From Spirulina sp. (GTDB taxonomy: Bacteria; Cyanobacteriota; Cyanobacteriia; Phormidesmidales; Phormidesmidaceae): a stretch of DNA of 64,000 bases. The notes beneath the pieces are model-generated. The model did not search any database and was not told where the DNA came from. It worked only from the letters and a program-made list of their open reading frames with translations. Positions 38,652-49,318 of the stretch are shown here, piece after piece. Numbering within the stretch: position 1 is the stretch's first letter; every line of letters starts with the position of its first letter. The stretch is from NCBI GenBank assembly GCA_044070495.1, contig JBIPSI010000001.1:228665-292664 (forward strand). Direction: 5' to 3'. Position numbers and translations under genes: made by a program.

Positions 38652-38867
38652 ACCTGAGTTCGGGATAAGCATAGTGACCAGATCCTCTGGTAGCCCTCAC
38701 CCCCAGCCCCTCTCCCAGGGAGGAGAGGGGAGCTAGAGGTCTCAAAGTCCCTCTCCCCACGGGAGAGGGATTTAGGGTGTAGCTTGCTTCCCGTAAGGGT
38801 GGGCTGAGGTGCAAGCTGAAAGCAGGTTTCTCAAGATTGCAGCGTTTGGTTGATCCCGAACTCAGGT
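38652..38867. mobile_element. 216-bp MITE with perfect 15-bp TIRs (ACCTGAGTTCGGGAT) enclosing a nested hairpin repeat
   Basis: 38652-38666 is the exact reverse complement of 38853-38867; inner 38694-38805 matches 53062-53172. Confidence 0.8.
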
Positions 38868-38870
38868 TAC

Positions 38871-40178
38871 TTACTGGGCCTGGATTTGTTGGCGCAGAGC
38901 GTTAACATCGGCCAAAAGCTCAGCCTGGGTGAGGCTAGTTTGCTGACCGGATTTCAGCCACTTCAGTTGCACGGTGCCCTGGGCCGCTTCATCGTCACCG
39001 AGGATGAGGCAGGCGGCGGCTCCACTGCGGTCGGCTCGTTTGAACTGTTTGCCAAAGGCGGAACCGCTGAGGTCGAGATCTACCGCTAAGCCCTGCTGAC
39101 GGAGTGCTTGGGCCAGCTTCAGGGCGTTGGCCTCCGCTGCTTCCCCACGGGAAACCACATACAAATCGGGGCTGGGACTAGGTACGGATTGCAGTTGGGC
39201 TAGCAGCAGGGTCAGCCGCTCTAGGCCGATAGCCCAACCCACCGCCGGAGTCGATGGGCCACCGAGTTCCTGTACGAGGCCGTCGTAGCGTCCGCCGCCG
39301 CACACCGTTGCCTGGGCACCGAGGTCGCTAGACTGAATTTCAAAGGCGGTGTGGGTGTAGTAGTCGAGGCCGCGCACCAGGCGAGGATTTAGGACAAACT
39401 CAATGCCGAGGTCGCTGAGCTGAGCCAACACCCGATCAAAGTGGCGCTTGGAGTTGTCCCCCAGGTAGTCCAAAATGCTGGGGGCATCGGCGGCGATGGC
39501 CTGGGTTTTTTCGTCTTTGCTATCGAGGATGCGGAGGGGGTTGCGGCTGAGGCGATCCTGGGAATCGGAGTCGAGGTCGGCTTTGAAGGGGGTGAGGTAA
39601 GTGACCAACGCCTCCCGGTAGCGCTGGCGGTCGTCGCGGTCGCCCACGGAATTGAGGTTGAAGGTGAGATTTTTGAGGCCCAGGCGCTGCAATAGATCGG
39701 TGGCCAGCAGAATCACCTCCACATCGGCCCTCGGATCGGCACTGCCCAGCACCTCGACACCGATTTGGTGAAACTGCCGCTGACGACCCTTTTGGGGCCG
39801 CTCGTAGCGAAACATGGGGCCGCCATACCACAGGCGCTGTACACCCCCCTGGGCATGGAGGCTGTGCTGAATGTAGGCCCGCACCACGCCAGCGGTGCCC
39901 TCAGGACGCAGGGTGCAGGAACGTTCGCCCTTGTCCAAAAAGGTGTACATTTCCTTGCCGACCACGTCGGTGGCTTCGCCAATGCCGCGCTCAAACAGGG
40001 CGGTTTGCTCGAAGCTGGGGGTACGAATTTCTTGGTAAACGGCCCGCTGAAATAACTCCCGCGCCGTCGCCTCCACCCATTGCCAGGTATGGATGTCGGC
40101 CACCTTCAGGTCTTGGCCCACCCGCTGGGGCTGGGGCAAAATATCTTCCGTTCCTGGCAGGGATTGAATCGACTCCAT
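38871..40178 (-). CDS. hisS: Histidine--tRNA ligase
   Basis: [42 protein letters not shown]. Confidence 0.97.
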   Translation of the reverse strand: MESIQSLPGTEDILPQPQRVGQDLKVADIHTWQWVEATARELFQRAVYQEIRTPSFEQTALFERGIGEATDVVGKEMYTFLDKGERSCTLRPEGTAGVVRAYIQHSLHAQGGVQRLWYGGPMFRYERPQKGRQRQFHQIGVEVLGSADPRADVEVILLATDLLQRLGLKNLTFNLNSVGDRDDRQRYREALVTYLTPFKADLDSDSQDRLSRNPLRILDSKDEKTQAIAADAPSILDYLGDNSKRHFDRVLAQLSDLGIEFVLNPRLVRGLDYYTHTAFEIQSSDLGAQATVCGGGRYDGLVQELGGPSTPAVGWAIGLERLTLLLAQLQSVPSPSPDLYVVSRGEAAEANALKLAQALRQQGLAVDLDLSGSAFGKQFKRADRSGAAACLILGDDEAAQGTVQLKWLKSGQQTSLTQAELLADVNALRQQIQAQ

Positions 40179-40312
40179 AGGGCATTTAATCGGCATGACA
40201 GAAGGATTATCATACCCCGTGGGCTTCTTCTTTTAGCTGTGGAGTCCGAGAAATCAAGGCTTTTCGGTGTTGGGTCAAGCGGCTAGTCAGGGTTGGGTCA
40301 ACCCGCTAGGAA

Positions 40313-40795
40313 TTAGCACTTGTAGCCAATTTGTCGCAGAAAGCCCTGGCGAGTTTGAACATCCTCCGGCCCTTCGACACCCTTGGGCGAAAAGCCGTCA
40401 ATCACGCCCAGAATGCCGCGCCCCTGGGCCGATTCCGCCACGATGACCTCTAGGGGATTGGCCGTAGCACAGTAGATCCGGCAGACCTCTGGGCACTGTT
40501 TAATGGCGTTGAGGAAATTGATTGGGAAGGCATCCTTAAGAAAAATAATGAAGCTGTGGCCAGCGGCAATGGCCTGGGCATTTTCCACGGCGGCGGCGAG
40601 AAGTCCTTCATCATTGCCCGCTGTGCGAATCAGGCAGGGGCCAGAGGCTTCGCAAAACGCCAGCCCAAATTTGACCTGCGCCGAGGTGCCCACCAGAATT
40701 TCGTACAGATCTTCGACGGTTTTGATGAAGTGGGATTGCCCCAAAATCACGTTGCTGCCCTCCGGCAGGTTCACGGTTACGGTCTTCAGTTCCAT
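40313..40795 (-). CDS. Adenosine-specific kinase family (DUF355) protein
   Basis: NVILGQSHFIKTVEDL, FCEASG, CATANP, GVIDG; start at MELKTV. Confidence 0.88.
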   Translation of the reverse strand: MELKTVTVNLPEGSNVILGQSHFIKTVEDLYEILVGTSAQVKFGLAFCEASGPCLIRTAGNDEGLLAAAVENAQAIAAGHSFIIFLKDAFPINFLNAIKQCPEVCRIYCATANPLEVIVAESAQGRGILGVIDGFSPKGVEGPEDVQTRQGFLRQIGYKC

Positions 40796-41093
40796 TGGCC
40801 TATGCTCCGCCCTCGATCTGTTTTGCACGATACCGCAATCCCTTCTAAGCTGGCGGAAATCGTCAGAAATCTTAGGCGCAAGCCATCCTAGTCCCAGGTT
40901 GTCCCAAATCCGAATCCGACAAAACCCGGTGCCCAGCCCAGCAATCCCTAGGGATGAGGTCGCCTCACCCACACCAATATTGGAGGTCATCAAGCCAGAT
41001 TTGCTCTGAATATAGATTTTCATCCTTGGGGGTATCGCGCTAGCGACATGGACGATTGGTATGAACCAAGAGTTGGCATACAGACCGATTAAA

Positions 41094-41633
41094 TTAAAGA
41101 CTGGCTTCCTCCATCTGGGCAAGCACCCGTTCGCGAAATTCTGGATCGCTGTTGGCCAAGCCCAGCAGTTCCCAGTAGGCTTGCAGGGTGAGATCGTGGG
41201 ATTGAATTAGATGTACGGCCTCGGCCTGGATTTCCTCCTGCATCTGGCGCGATTCCGTTTCGGTTTCGGCACTCTGCAAACCCTGCTCCCGCGCCTCAAT
41301 TAGCTTAACTACCTCTAGGTAGGCGCTGACAAAGCAGCTGACGGTCTCTGAGGGAACGGCACTGGCATCGGGTTGCGCCTTGGGCGGAGTTGGGACACTG
41401 GTTTCTGGGTTGGTGATTAGGGAAGAGGGACTGGTCTCACCCATGGCCCACCCTGGCCCTACCGCCACCCACAGACTCAGCACCATCGCCACCACCCAAG
41501 TTCCAATCCAGCGGGTGATGGCGGCCAACGTTCCCAGACTGCCACGAATCCTTGGGTAGGGATGGCCCCGATCTAGGGGGGATGGCTCGATTGATCTCGC
41601 CTCTGATCTAACCCCATGCTGTCCTCCTGACAT
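41094..41633 (-). CDS. DUF4168-like exported helical protein
   Basis: Hydrophobic signal; FVSAYLEV...LTLQAY..L...DPEFRERV pattern; start uncertain. Confidence 0.65.
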   Translation of the reverse strand: MSGGQHGVRSEARSIEPSPLDRGHPYPRIRGSLGTLAAITRWIGTWVVAMVLSLWVAVGPGWAMGETSPSSLITNPETSVPTPPKAQPDASAVPSETVSCFVSAYLEVVKLIEAREQGLQSAETETESRQMQEEIQAEAVHLIQSHDLTLQAYWELLGLANSDPEFRERVLAQMEEASL

Positions 41634-41742
41634 CTTGCCACCTACCGCTGAGGGTCGTTGATTCCAAAGCCTACAGGACAGGGATAACGACGTATAGTGG
41701 TAATAGAGATAAGCATAAATACGTATTTACCCCAGGAGAATC

Positions 41743-42036
41743 ATGCCAATGGCCAGTGATGACGCGCCTTCCATGGCCGGACAAAGCAGCCTCTCGGATC
41801 GTGAGTTGCAGATTGTGGAGTTAGTGGCCTCTGGTCTCACCAACCAAGAAATCTCTGAAAAGCTGGAAATTAGCAAACGCACCGTAGATAACCATATCAG
41901 CAATATTCTGACCAAGACGGCCACCGGCAACCGGGTAGAACTGTTTCGCTGGGCATTGCAGTCGGGCAAGGTCTGTGTTGATGAGGTAAATTGTTGCGTA
42001 TTACCGGAATTTCCGGCCAGCAACCCGGAAGCCTAA
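41743..42036 (+). CDS. pedR: Small LuxR-family redox regulator PedR
   Basis: LSDRELQIVELVASGLTN...KRTVDNHISNIL HTH with C-terminal KVC..EVNCC cysteines. Confidence 0.85.
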   Translation: MPMASDDAPSMAGQSSLSDRELQIVELVASGLTNQEISEKLEISKRTVDNHISNILTKTATGNRVELFRWALQSGKVCVDEVNCCVLPEFPASNPEA

Positions 42037-42135
42037 GGGTGCCCTGGCCCCCGTGCTGAAGGGGTTCTGCGGCCAGAACCGTGCCAGCCGCAGAGAATCT
42101 CTAGACCCAGGATGGCCTGACTCGTCGGGGCTAGT

Positions 42136-43107
42136 CTAGACCTTTAGGGAGGCTAAGGCCGCTAGGACATCGGCGTGGATCATGCCGTTACTGACCACAA
42201 CGCCCTGATTGTTTTCAAACCGTGCCGCCTTGCTAAAGTCTAGGGGCTGGCCATACATATCCGTGACGCACCCGCCCGCCTCTTGCACCACCAGAGTTCC
42301 GGCGGCGTGGTCCCAAATTTTCTCCCGATAGTTGGGCGTTTTAGGGGAGGGCAAGCGCAGATAGAGGGCCGCCTGTCCCGCTGCAACGGCGGCATACTTC
42401 GCCTGACTGTCCATACGCATAGAGGAGGCTTGGATACCCACCGCCTGGGCCACCGCGCTCTGTTGATCTTGGTTACCGTGGCCCGCTTCCACGCTCTCCA
42501 CAAAACGGAATTGTTCAGACTGGGGACTCTGCACCACTTGCAAGGGCTGGGGTGTCCCTCCAGCTAGGGGCATCATCACCGCCCCCTCTCCCCGGACGGC
42601 CACAAACAGTAGCCCCCGTTCCCCATCCCCAAAGCGAAGGAAGGGACAGCCCAACACCCCCACCTTCAGGTCGCCATCTTCCACCAGGGCCAGGGCAATG
42701 GCGTACTGATCGCCGCGCAGAAAGCCCTTGGTGCCATCAATGGGATCGAGGGTCCAATAACGAGGGGAGACCGCACCATTGCCGTGGTCAATCCAGGTCA
42801 GTACGTCCTCGGCGGTGGCGGTGGGAATGTGCGGCTGCACCTGGGCCGTCACCGTGGCGAGGGCCTTCGCCATCTCCGGCTGACGCAGATCGCTGGCTTC
42901 CTCCTCCCCGACCACGGCATCCTGGGGAAAGGCTTCAGCCAAGGCCCGACAGATGAGCGCCTGGGCACCAAAGTCGGCTACGGTAACCGGGCTTTTGTCG
43001 TTTTTCTCAATAGCCTCCGGCACCAGGGTTTGGCGCACCGTTTCACACAACTGCGCGGCCTGCTGCACCGCTGCGATAGCCACCTGCTTTTCCAATGCGT
43101 ACGCCAT
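42136..43107 (-). CDS. 3'(2'),5'-bisphosphate nucleotidase (HAL2-like)
   Basis: SPVTVADF, WTLDPIDGTKGFLRG, MDSQAKY, EKIWDHAAG. Confidence 0.93.
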   Translation of the reverse strand: MAYALEKQVAIAAVQQAAQLCETVRQTLVPEAIEKNDKSPVTVADFGAQALICRALAEAFPQDAVVGEEEASDLRQPEMAKALATVTAQVQPHIPTATAEDVLTWIDHGNGAVSPRYWTLDPIDGTKGFLRGDQYAIALALVEDGDLKVGVLGCPFLRFGDGERGLLFVAVRGEGAVMMPLAGGTPQPLQVVQSPQSEQFRFVESVEAGHGNQDQQSAVAQAVGIQASSMRMDSQAKYAAVAAGQAALYLRLPSPKTPNYREKIWDHAAGTLVVQEAGGCVTDMYGQPLDFSKAARFENNQGVVVSNGMIHADVLAALASLKV

Positions 43108-43336
43108 ACGTTCTCTCCCTACAGTCCAGGGCTAAGTTCGTGCCCCTCCCCCTGGATTCCTCCGCCATTGTCCCGCATCCGGGATCTTCTGGTTGATTCA
43201 TCGTTCCTTTACTGCGCCATGATCCTAGGCCAAAGCCGGTCTAGGCCATGACGGTTAACGGTGTTGGGGGTGTCATGACCATCAGCGTTGTCTGAATCAA
43301 CGGATGACTTGCCCGTTACCTAATCAGCACCGACCG

Positions 43337-43699
43337 CTAGGAAAAAGTCCCCAGCGTCCGCAGAATGGCTCCCGTAGCTGGCACCGACCAGGCCCCTTCA
43401 CAGCGCCGCCCCGATTTCACGATAAATCGCAGGGCAAAGGCTTCTGAGAACCCAGAGACCTCAACCCACAGGTGATCAGACTCCGCATCGCAGGTGATCT
43501 GTTCTTCGTCCATCAAGAGATCCGCCATGACCCGCATTTGATCGGCGAGCTGATTGGCTAAACGGCAAAAGTCCTTAAATTCTGCCGCCGTTAGCTCCAT
43601 GGCCCAATCGGCTCCCGCCAGCAACCCTTGGTAGGTGGGGGCATTCCCATCCCAACCAATGCGCCAGCCCTCTCCTTCCTGTACCTGTCGCTGTTCCAT
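43337..43699 (-). CDS. DUF1818-family cyanobacterial protein
   Basis: EGEGWRIGW, WAMELT, LMDEE, GRRCEGAW; usual neighbour of rpoZ. Confidence 0.8.
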   Translation of the reverse strand: MEQRQVQEGEGWRIGWDGNAPTYQGLLAGADWAMELTAAEFKDFCRLANQLADQMRVMADLLMDEEQITCDAESDHLWVEVSGFSEAFALRFIVKSGRRCEGAWSVPATGAILRTLGTFS

Positions 43700-43781
43700 G
43701 GATGTTCAGACGATGGGGAATGGTGAGATCACGGGCTTAGTCCACCGTGACCCACCGCATTCCCAAGCTAGTCGCCCATAA

Positions 43782-44009
43782 TTAGTCGCCGATGATTTCC
43801 GGCTGGGTGAGTTCGTCCGACATTTCGATGATGGCCCGCAGAACGGGTTTCATCTTGGGGTCTTCGTAGTTCTCAAAATCCTCGAACCGGCGACGCTGGG
43901 CGCGGTTGGCCACCTGCACGGTAATCCGATAGCGGTTCGACGCGGCCCGAATGAGTTCCTCGCTGCGGCGCATAATTTGCGTACTGTCGAAGGGGGAGCG
44001 CTTGAGCAT
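43782..44009 (-). CDS. rpoZ: RNA polymerase omega subunit (cyanobacterial type)
   Basis: [36 protein letters not shown]. Confidence 0.93.
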   Translation of the reverse strand: MLKRSPFDSTQIMRRSEELIRAASNRYRITVQVANRAQRRRFEDFENYEDPKMKPVLRAIIEMSDELTQPEIIGD

Positions 44010-44289
44010 GGAGAACCCTATCCAAAATAAAGACAGCTACCATTCTACCAAGAATTGCCCCGGCCAAGACTGGCCCGGATGAGCCAGCGACCTCCCTGGG
44101 GGGGCTGATACTCGGTATTTAAGGATATGGGCGGTGTTTTCCTTGGGGAAATGTTAACTATTTTGACTAACTCTAACGGTTGGTTGCAGTTTTCTCTGGG
44201 TTACCCGTTTGGGGTGGGCCTGGGTGATAGATTCGGGGTCTGATTTCTGAGCCTTAGCGCTTCTCTATATACATTCCTCGATAACACCC

Positions 44290-44454
44290 ATGCATAACGT
44301 ACAAAAAGACTGGGTTAGCGCCATCGCCATTGCGGCATTAGGGGCTGGGGTAATTACCTCCTTAGCCGTTAGCCAGGGGCAAAATCCCTTTGTGGGCCTT
44401 GGTATTACGCTCTTTTCGGCAATTTCGGCGGTCATTATTGATCATTTCATCTAG
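44290..44454 (+). CDS. Unannotated 54-aa two-helix membrane microprotein (MHNVQKDWVSAIAIAALGAGVITSLAVSQGQNPFVGLGITLFSAISAVIIDHFI)
   Basis: Clean ATG-TAG frame; two hydrophobic helices split by a QGQNP turn. Confidence 0.7.
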   Translation: MHNVQKDWVSAIAIAALGAGVITSLAVSQGQNPFVGLGITLFSAISAVIIDHFI

Positions 44455-44700
44455 CTTGGGCGCGACTAGTGGGAGATCCTAGGCTAGATTTCTAGATGCA
44501 ATCGCGTCTTCGCCATGGGCCGATCAGCCCCCTAGCGGGCAGACGAATTCAGTGGCGCAGAATCCATGGATTCAGGTATAAATTGTCCATAGGTTTGGTT
44601 CCGGGGGGATTTTCCCTCTGGTGGTCGCTGTTTCGCTATCGCGCTTTTCGGTCTTGTTGGTTTGAGCGCTGTTTTTCCGGCCTCGTTATTCTCTGTTGCC

Positions 44701-45507
44701 ATGGCCAGTTTGCCCAATCTTGACCCATCCCGGTCATCTGCCGCTGAATCCGTTGGCCCCTTGCCCCCACGTTTTCCTCGCAAAGCGGTTTCCTTTGACC
44801 TCAGTCCCCGCTCGGTTGCCGTGCGCGAAGCTCTGCACCAAGACCAGGGCGGAGTCAGAGGCCAAGACCTATCGCTGCCCCTAGGGGATCCGGTGCTGAT
44901 TCCCGGTGCAAGACAAGGAAAAAAACGGCCCATCTTTAGCCGCCACCGCCACGATGCCAATCCGGCCCTCGCCCTTAAGGTGCTTCAAGATATTCACCTG
45001 GCGGTGGAAGGCTGGCATGGGGAACTGCGACAAACGGTGCAGATGATCCAGGCGTTGTACATGGAAGGGCCGATTGTGGATGGTTGGCTAGAGACCGTGG
45101 ATGGCCCCGCTCCTGCCCCGGCTAAGGATGCGGCGGCCCTGCTGCGCCATGCCGACCCCCAAGCACTTTCGGGTTACGTGGATCGCCTTTGTGAAGCTCT
45201 GGAGCAAGAGGCACCAGCCTCGGCTGCTCAAGATGCCTCGGCCCCTAGCTATCGGCTGTGTAGCCTGAATGCCGAAGGTCAACTCCAGTGCATGCCCTGC
45301 CCCCCAGAGCAGGTGTCTACCCTCAGTTTGGCCATTGCCCGTCACCAAAAGCTGCGTCAGTTGGTGGATCAAAAGCGCTACCTAGAGGCCAAGCTCAAGC
45401 GGGCGGTGGAGGTGCTGACCAGTGGTCGCGACAGTTTAGGCATCATTCCCCAAGTTAGCTCTGCCCCAGAACCCGACTCGTACGACCATCAGCCCCAACC
45501 GGAATAG
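44701..45507 (+). CDS. Conserved cyanobacterial hypothetical protein
   Basis: FSRHRH..NPALA, LYMEGPIVDGWLE, YRLC..CMPCPPEQ, AIARHQKL; coding-like composition. Confidence 0.7.
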   Translation: MASLPNLDPSRSSAAESVGPLPPRFPRKAVSFDLSPRSVAVREALHQDQGGVRGQDLSLPLGDPVLIPGARQGKKRPIFSRHRHDANPALALKVLQDIHLAVEGWHGELRQTVQMIQALYMEGPIVDGWLETVDGPAPAPAKDAAALLRHADPQALSGYVDRLCEALEQEAPASAAQDASAPSYRLCSLNAEGQLQCMPCPPEQVSTLSLAIARHQKLRQLVDQKRYLEAKLKRAVEVLTSGRDSLGIIPQVSSAPEPDSYDHQPQPE

Positions 45508-45709
45508 GCTTTCCAGATAGGCTTCATCAATTCGGCTTCATCAATTCGGCTTCATTAACCTGTGAGCTACGCTTTCAGCAAACGCTCTGAAGGCTGGAGG
45601 ATGACCTTGGCCCCCAGGGAGTTGTCATGGGGCCAGTCTCAGGGGTAATAATGATGAGGCGATAATGGCCCTGTTAAGCACCCCCTTTGGTAAGACGGTT
45701 TAAGATTCT

Positions 45710-46507
45710 ATGCCACCCTTGGATGATCTCCCAGAAGCCACCCGTGACCAGCCGTTGGGGTATCGCACACCCCAGGCATGGGGGGCACAAAAGCCTTGGC
45801 CGAAGTGGGGGCGATGGGCGGTGGTCGCCATCCTGGCGGCCCTGGTGGCCCTGGCGGCGGGAAGCGGCATGGCCTGGTATCAGAGTCGTCTTCAGGTTCA
45901 GGGGGCAAGGCCAATCCAGGGAGTCATTGCCCAATCGGGTCTGGCAACGGAGGGTGCCGCTTCCACCGAAGCCCGCAATCGCGCCCTACAGTTGGCCCCC
46001 ACCAGTCGGCAACTGCTGGGCCATCGCGCCTACGACGAGGCCCCGCAGGAGGATTTGGTGCCGCTATCCATGAACCGTGAGATCCGAATGCGTACCAGGG
46101 CCGCCGCACAGTTTGAGGCCATGGTGCAGGCGGCGCGGCGGGATGGGGCGCAAATTGTACCCCTCTCCGGCTATCGATCCCACAGTGAACAGGAGGCTAT
46201 TTTCTTTGGGGTGCGTGCCGCCAGGGGCCAGGATGCCCAAACCCGCGCCGAGGTAAGCGCTCCACCGGGCTACAGCGAACACCATACGGGTTACGCCATT
46301 GATGTGGGTGATGCCAACCAAACCAGCACCCACCTCGATCAAAGATTTGAAGAAACCCGCGCATACCGCTGGATGGATGAAAACGCCAGCCGCTATGGCT
46401 TTGAGCTATCCTTTCCGCGCAACAATTTCCAGCAGGTGGCCTTTGAACCCTGGCACTGGCGCTTCACGGGAGACATCGAAAGCCTAGAATTGTTCTACCA
46501 GGAATGA
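45710..46507 (+). CDS. D-alanyl-D-alanine carboxypeptidase, M15B (VanY-like), membrane anchored
   Basis: SGYRS, APPGYSEHHTGYAID, EPWHWRF. Confidence 0.92.
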   Translation: MPPLDDLPEATRDQPLGYRTPQAWGAQKPWPKWGRWAVVAILAALVALAAGSGMAWYQSRLQVQGARPIQGVIAQSGLATEGAASTEARNRALQLAPTSRQLLGHRAYDEAPQEDLVPLSMNREIRMRTRAAAQFEAMVQAARRDGAQIVPLSGYRSHSEQEAIFFGVRAARGQDAQTRAEVSAPPGYSEHHTGYAIDVGDANQTSTHLDQRFEETRAYRWMDENASRYGFELSFPRNNFQQVAFEPWHWRFTGDIESLELFYQE

Positions 46508-46515
46508 TCTGCGGT

Positions 46516-46682
46516 TAAGGGTAGTCCAATTAGTAAACCACCCAAGCTGGCCCTCATCCCCCAACCCCTTCTCCCTAGGGAGAAGGGGAGCCGGATTCAG
46601 AACCCCTCTCCTGGGGGAGAGGGGCAGGGGTGAGGGCAAATGGTTACGGCCAATGGATAGTTATTTTCATGGAGCACTCTAA
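46516..46682. mobile_element. Degenerate MITE-like shell enclosing a CCCTCA..TCTCC double-hairpin repeat (46551-46637)
   Basis: Inner repeat is clear; the outer ends only partly complement each other. Confidence 0.5.
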
Positions 46683-46798
46683 GACTCAATGCGGCGAAAA
46701 TAAACCGCTGCGGCAATGATTAAGCTGAGTAATGCCAGCGGCACCCAGAGCGCATTTACGGTCATCATGGGGCTAACCTCCGGTTTTCTAGGCTGGCT

Positions 46799-49318
46799 AT
46801 GACTGTATCGGATCGCCTCACCTTTTTACAGGAGCGCACCCCCCTGGGGGTGTTGCCCCAGGCCACCCTGGCCCAAATGGCCCGCTGTATTCAGGTGGTG
46901 ACCCTGCCTGCGAATCAGCCCGTGGTGGAGGCGGGACAGCCGCCGGAGGGGTTGTATTTGCTGTGGCAGGGCAAGCTGGAAACCCTGGAAACTGGGCTGG
47001 GGGGAATTAGCTTTTTAGCCGGTTCGGTGCTGAACCTAGAGGCGCTGCTGCTGAACCAACCCGTGGAACAAACCATCCACACCCTCACCGAAAGCACCCT
47101 TTGGTTTTTGGATCGGGCCACCTTTCAGCGCCTGGTGCAGGATCACCCCGATATTCTTCAGACCTTTACCCGGCAACTGGTGGAGGCGGTGCGGCGGCTG
47201 TCCTTCCAGTTCAGCTACGAGCAGGAGCGGCAGGCTATTTTGCGCCCCTACCTGGTGACCCGTGCCCAGCGGGGGGTGGTGGGCCGCAGTCGCTATGCGG
47301 ATCGATTACGGAGTCAAATTCGGGCGGCGGCGGCGGATCGGCATCCGGTGCTGATTTTTGGCGAACCGGGCCTGGAAAAAGACAACCTCGCGGCCCTGGT
47401 TCACTACGGATCAACCCAGCGACGTACGCCCATGATTCAGGTGGATTGCAGCCAACTCCAGGCCAGCGGGGCCGATCTGTTTGGTCGGATGGGGGGTAAA
47501 CCGGGGCTATTGGCTACCCTGGGAACAGGCACCCTGGTACTCAATAATCCAGGGGAACTCGGCCCAGATTTGCGGGAATCCCTGGCGCGGCTGATCCAAA
47601 CCGGGCAATACCAGCCCGTCAGCCGGGAGGGAGAAGCGGGGCCTATCCAAACCTCCGAGGCCCGCATTATCTTGATTTCAGAGCAGGCGGTGGCCGATCT
47701 GGATTGTCTGGTGACCCACCGCATCAAAGTTCCTCCCCTGCGGGTGCGTAAAGCCGACATCGAAGACTGGGTGACCTACTACCTAGCCCTGTGGTCTCAA
47801 CGGCGGCGGCAAACCCGGCTGGTGGTGGCCCCCGAAGCCCTGCGACGGCTTCAGACCTACGATTTCCCCAATAACCTACGCGAACTCAAAAGCCTGGTGG
47901 AACGGGCCGCAGCGCAGTTGGTGTCAGGGGATACCCTCACCGAAGAGCTGATCTGGCCCGCCCAGGGGAAAAAACGGCTGCTGCGGCTGAACCTCCTCAA
48001 CCGCTACCCAGCCCTGCGGCGATTTTTACGCAGCCCTTGGTGGCCCGACCGAATTAACTACGGCCTCACCCTCACCCTGTTTGCGGTGGTGGTGGCTGTC
48101 CTCATCGTTGGCCCCCAGCAGCGGCACAATAACGTTGCCCTCACGGTGTTTTGGGCCTGGTGGTGGCCGTTGATTTTACTGGGGTTTCCCCTGGTGGGGC
48201 GGCTGTGGTGCTCGGTGTGTCCGTTTATGATTTACGGCGAAGTTACCCAAAAGCTCACCCAGCAATGGTTCCCTGGCCTGGGCAAAGGCTGGCCCCGGCA
48301 GGCGGCGGATCGCTGGGGCGGCTGGTTTATGTTTGGCCTATTTGCCCTGATCTTAGTCTGGGAAGAGGTCTGGAATTTGGAAGATACCGCCTACCTATCG
48401 GCCTGCCTGCTGCTGTTGATTACCGCCGGGGCGATGATCTTCTCCGCCCTGTTTGAACGTCGCTTTTGGTGCCGCTACCTCTGTCCCATCGGCGGCATGA
48501 ATGGCCTCTTTGCCAAGCTTTCGATGACGGAACTCCGCGCCCAGCAGGGCATTTGCTCGGCGGAATGCACCACCTACCAGTGCTACAAGGGTGGCCCCGC
48601 CAAGGGGGAAGGCCAGGATACCCTCGGTTGCCCCCTCTATTCCCACCCGGCCCAACTGGAGGACAACCGCGACTGCGTCCTCTGCATGACCTGCCTTAAA
48701 GCCTGTCCCCACCGCTCCGTAGAGCTTAACCTGCGCCCCCCCGGCATTGAACTCTGGACTACCCACCAACCCCGTTCCTACGAAGTCGCCCTGATGTTTT
48801 TGCTGCTGGGGGCCGTCTATCTCCACCGCCTGCCAGAAATCGAGGCCCGCTGGGGACTGGCCCTGCCCCTAGACCATCTGGCCGGACACAGCCTGGTCTC
48901 GGTGATCCTGCTGGCCCTACCCGCCGCCTTGCCCCTAGCCCTGGAGGGACTGTATCGCCTGCGGCAGAGGGTCTACCCCAGTCTGGCCCCCCGATCCTTT
49001 GTCAAACTGGCCTACGGTTATTTGCCCCTAGTGTGGGCCGCCAACCTAGCCCACTACCTGCGTTTGGGCCTGCTGGAAGGAGGACGCGTGTTGCCCGTCT
49101 TGGGGCAAACCTTCGGCCTAGATGCCCCCTGGCCCTTTTGGATGGCCCATCCAGCAGTGGTCGCCTTTCTCCAGGGCGTAACGCTGCTGTTGGGGATTCT
49201 GCTTTCCCTAGGGCTAACGGCCAAACTCCATCGTCAAACAGGCCTCCCCCGCTGGGGGCAGCAGGGCTGCACGCTGATCTACGGTGTGAGTTTGTGGGGG
49301 TTAATTGTGGGGCTGTAG
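46799..49318 (+). CDS. cNMP-binding + degenerate sigma54-activator-type AAA+ + membrane 4Fe-4S (NapH/MauN-like) fusion protein
   Basis: N-terminal cNMP-like fold; GEPGLEKD, PPLRVRK.DI, FPNNLREL; GRLWCSVCP, FWCRYLCP, CVLCMTCLKACP. Confidence 0.85.
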   Translation: MTVSDRLTFLQERTPLGVLPQATLAQMARCIQVVTLPANQPVVEAGQPPEGLYLLWQGKLETLETGLGGISFLAGSVLNLEALLLNQPVEQTIHTLTESTLWFLDRATFQRLVQDHPDILQTFTRQLVEAVRRLSFQFSYEQERQAILRPYLVTRAQRGVVGRSRYADRLRSQIRAAAADRHPVLIFGEPGLEKDNLAALVHYGSTQRRTPMIQVDCSQLQASGADLFGRMGGKPGLLATLGTGTLVLNNPGELGPDLRESLARLIQTGQYQPVSREGEAGPIQTSEARIILISEQAVADLDCLVTHRIKVPPLRVRKADIEDWVTYYLALWSQRRRQTRLVVAPEALRRLQTYDFPNNLRELKSLVERAAAQLVSGDTLTEELIWPAQGKKRLLRLNLLNRYPALRRFLRSPWWPDRINYGLTLTLFAVVVAVLIVGPQQRHNNVALTVFWAWWWPLILLGFPLVGRLWCSVCPFMIYGEVTQKLTQQWFPGLGKGWPRQAADRWGGWFMFGLFALILVWEEVWNLEDTAYLSACLLLLITAGAMIFSALFERRFWCRYLCPIGGMNGLFAKLSMTELRAQQGICSAECTTYQCYKGGPAKGEGQDTLGCPLYSHPAQLEDNRDCVLCMTCLKACPHRSVELNLRPPGIELWTTHQPRSYEVALMFLLLGAVYLHRLPEIEARWGLALPLDHLAGHSLVSVILLALPAALPLALEGLYRLRQRVYPSLAPRSFVKLAYGYLPLVWAANLAHYLRLGLLEGGRVLPVLGQTFGLDAPWPFWMAHPAVVAFLQGVTLLLGILLSLGLTAKLHRQTGLPRWGQQGCTLIYGVSLWGLIVGL

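Noticed and set aside
40796..41122. N-terminal extensions in the ORF track (also 12972-13163, 27530-27676, 29793-29936)
   Set aside because: Family similarity or the likely start begins at downstream ATGs
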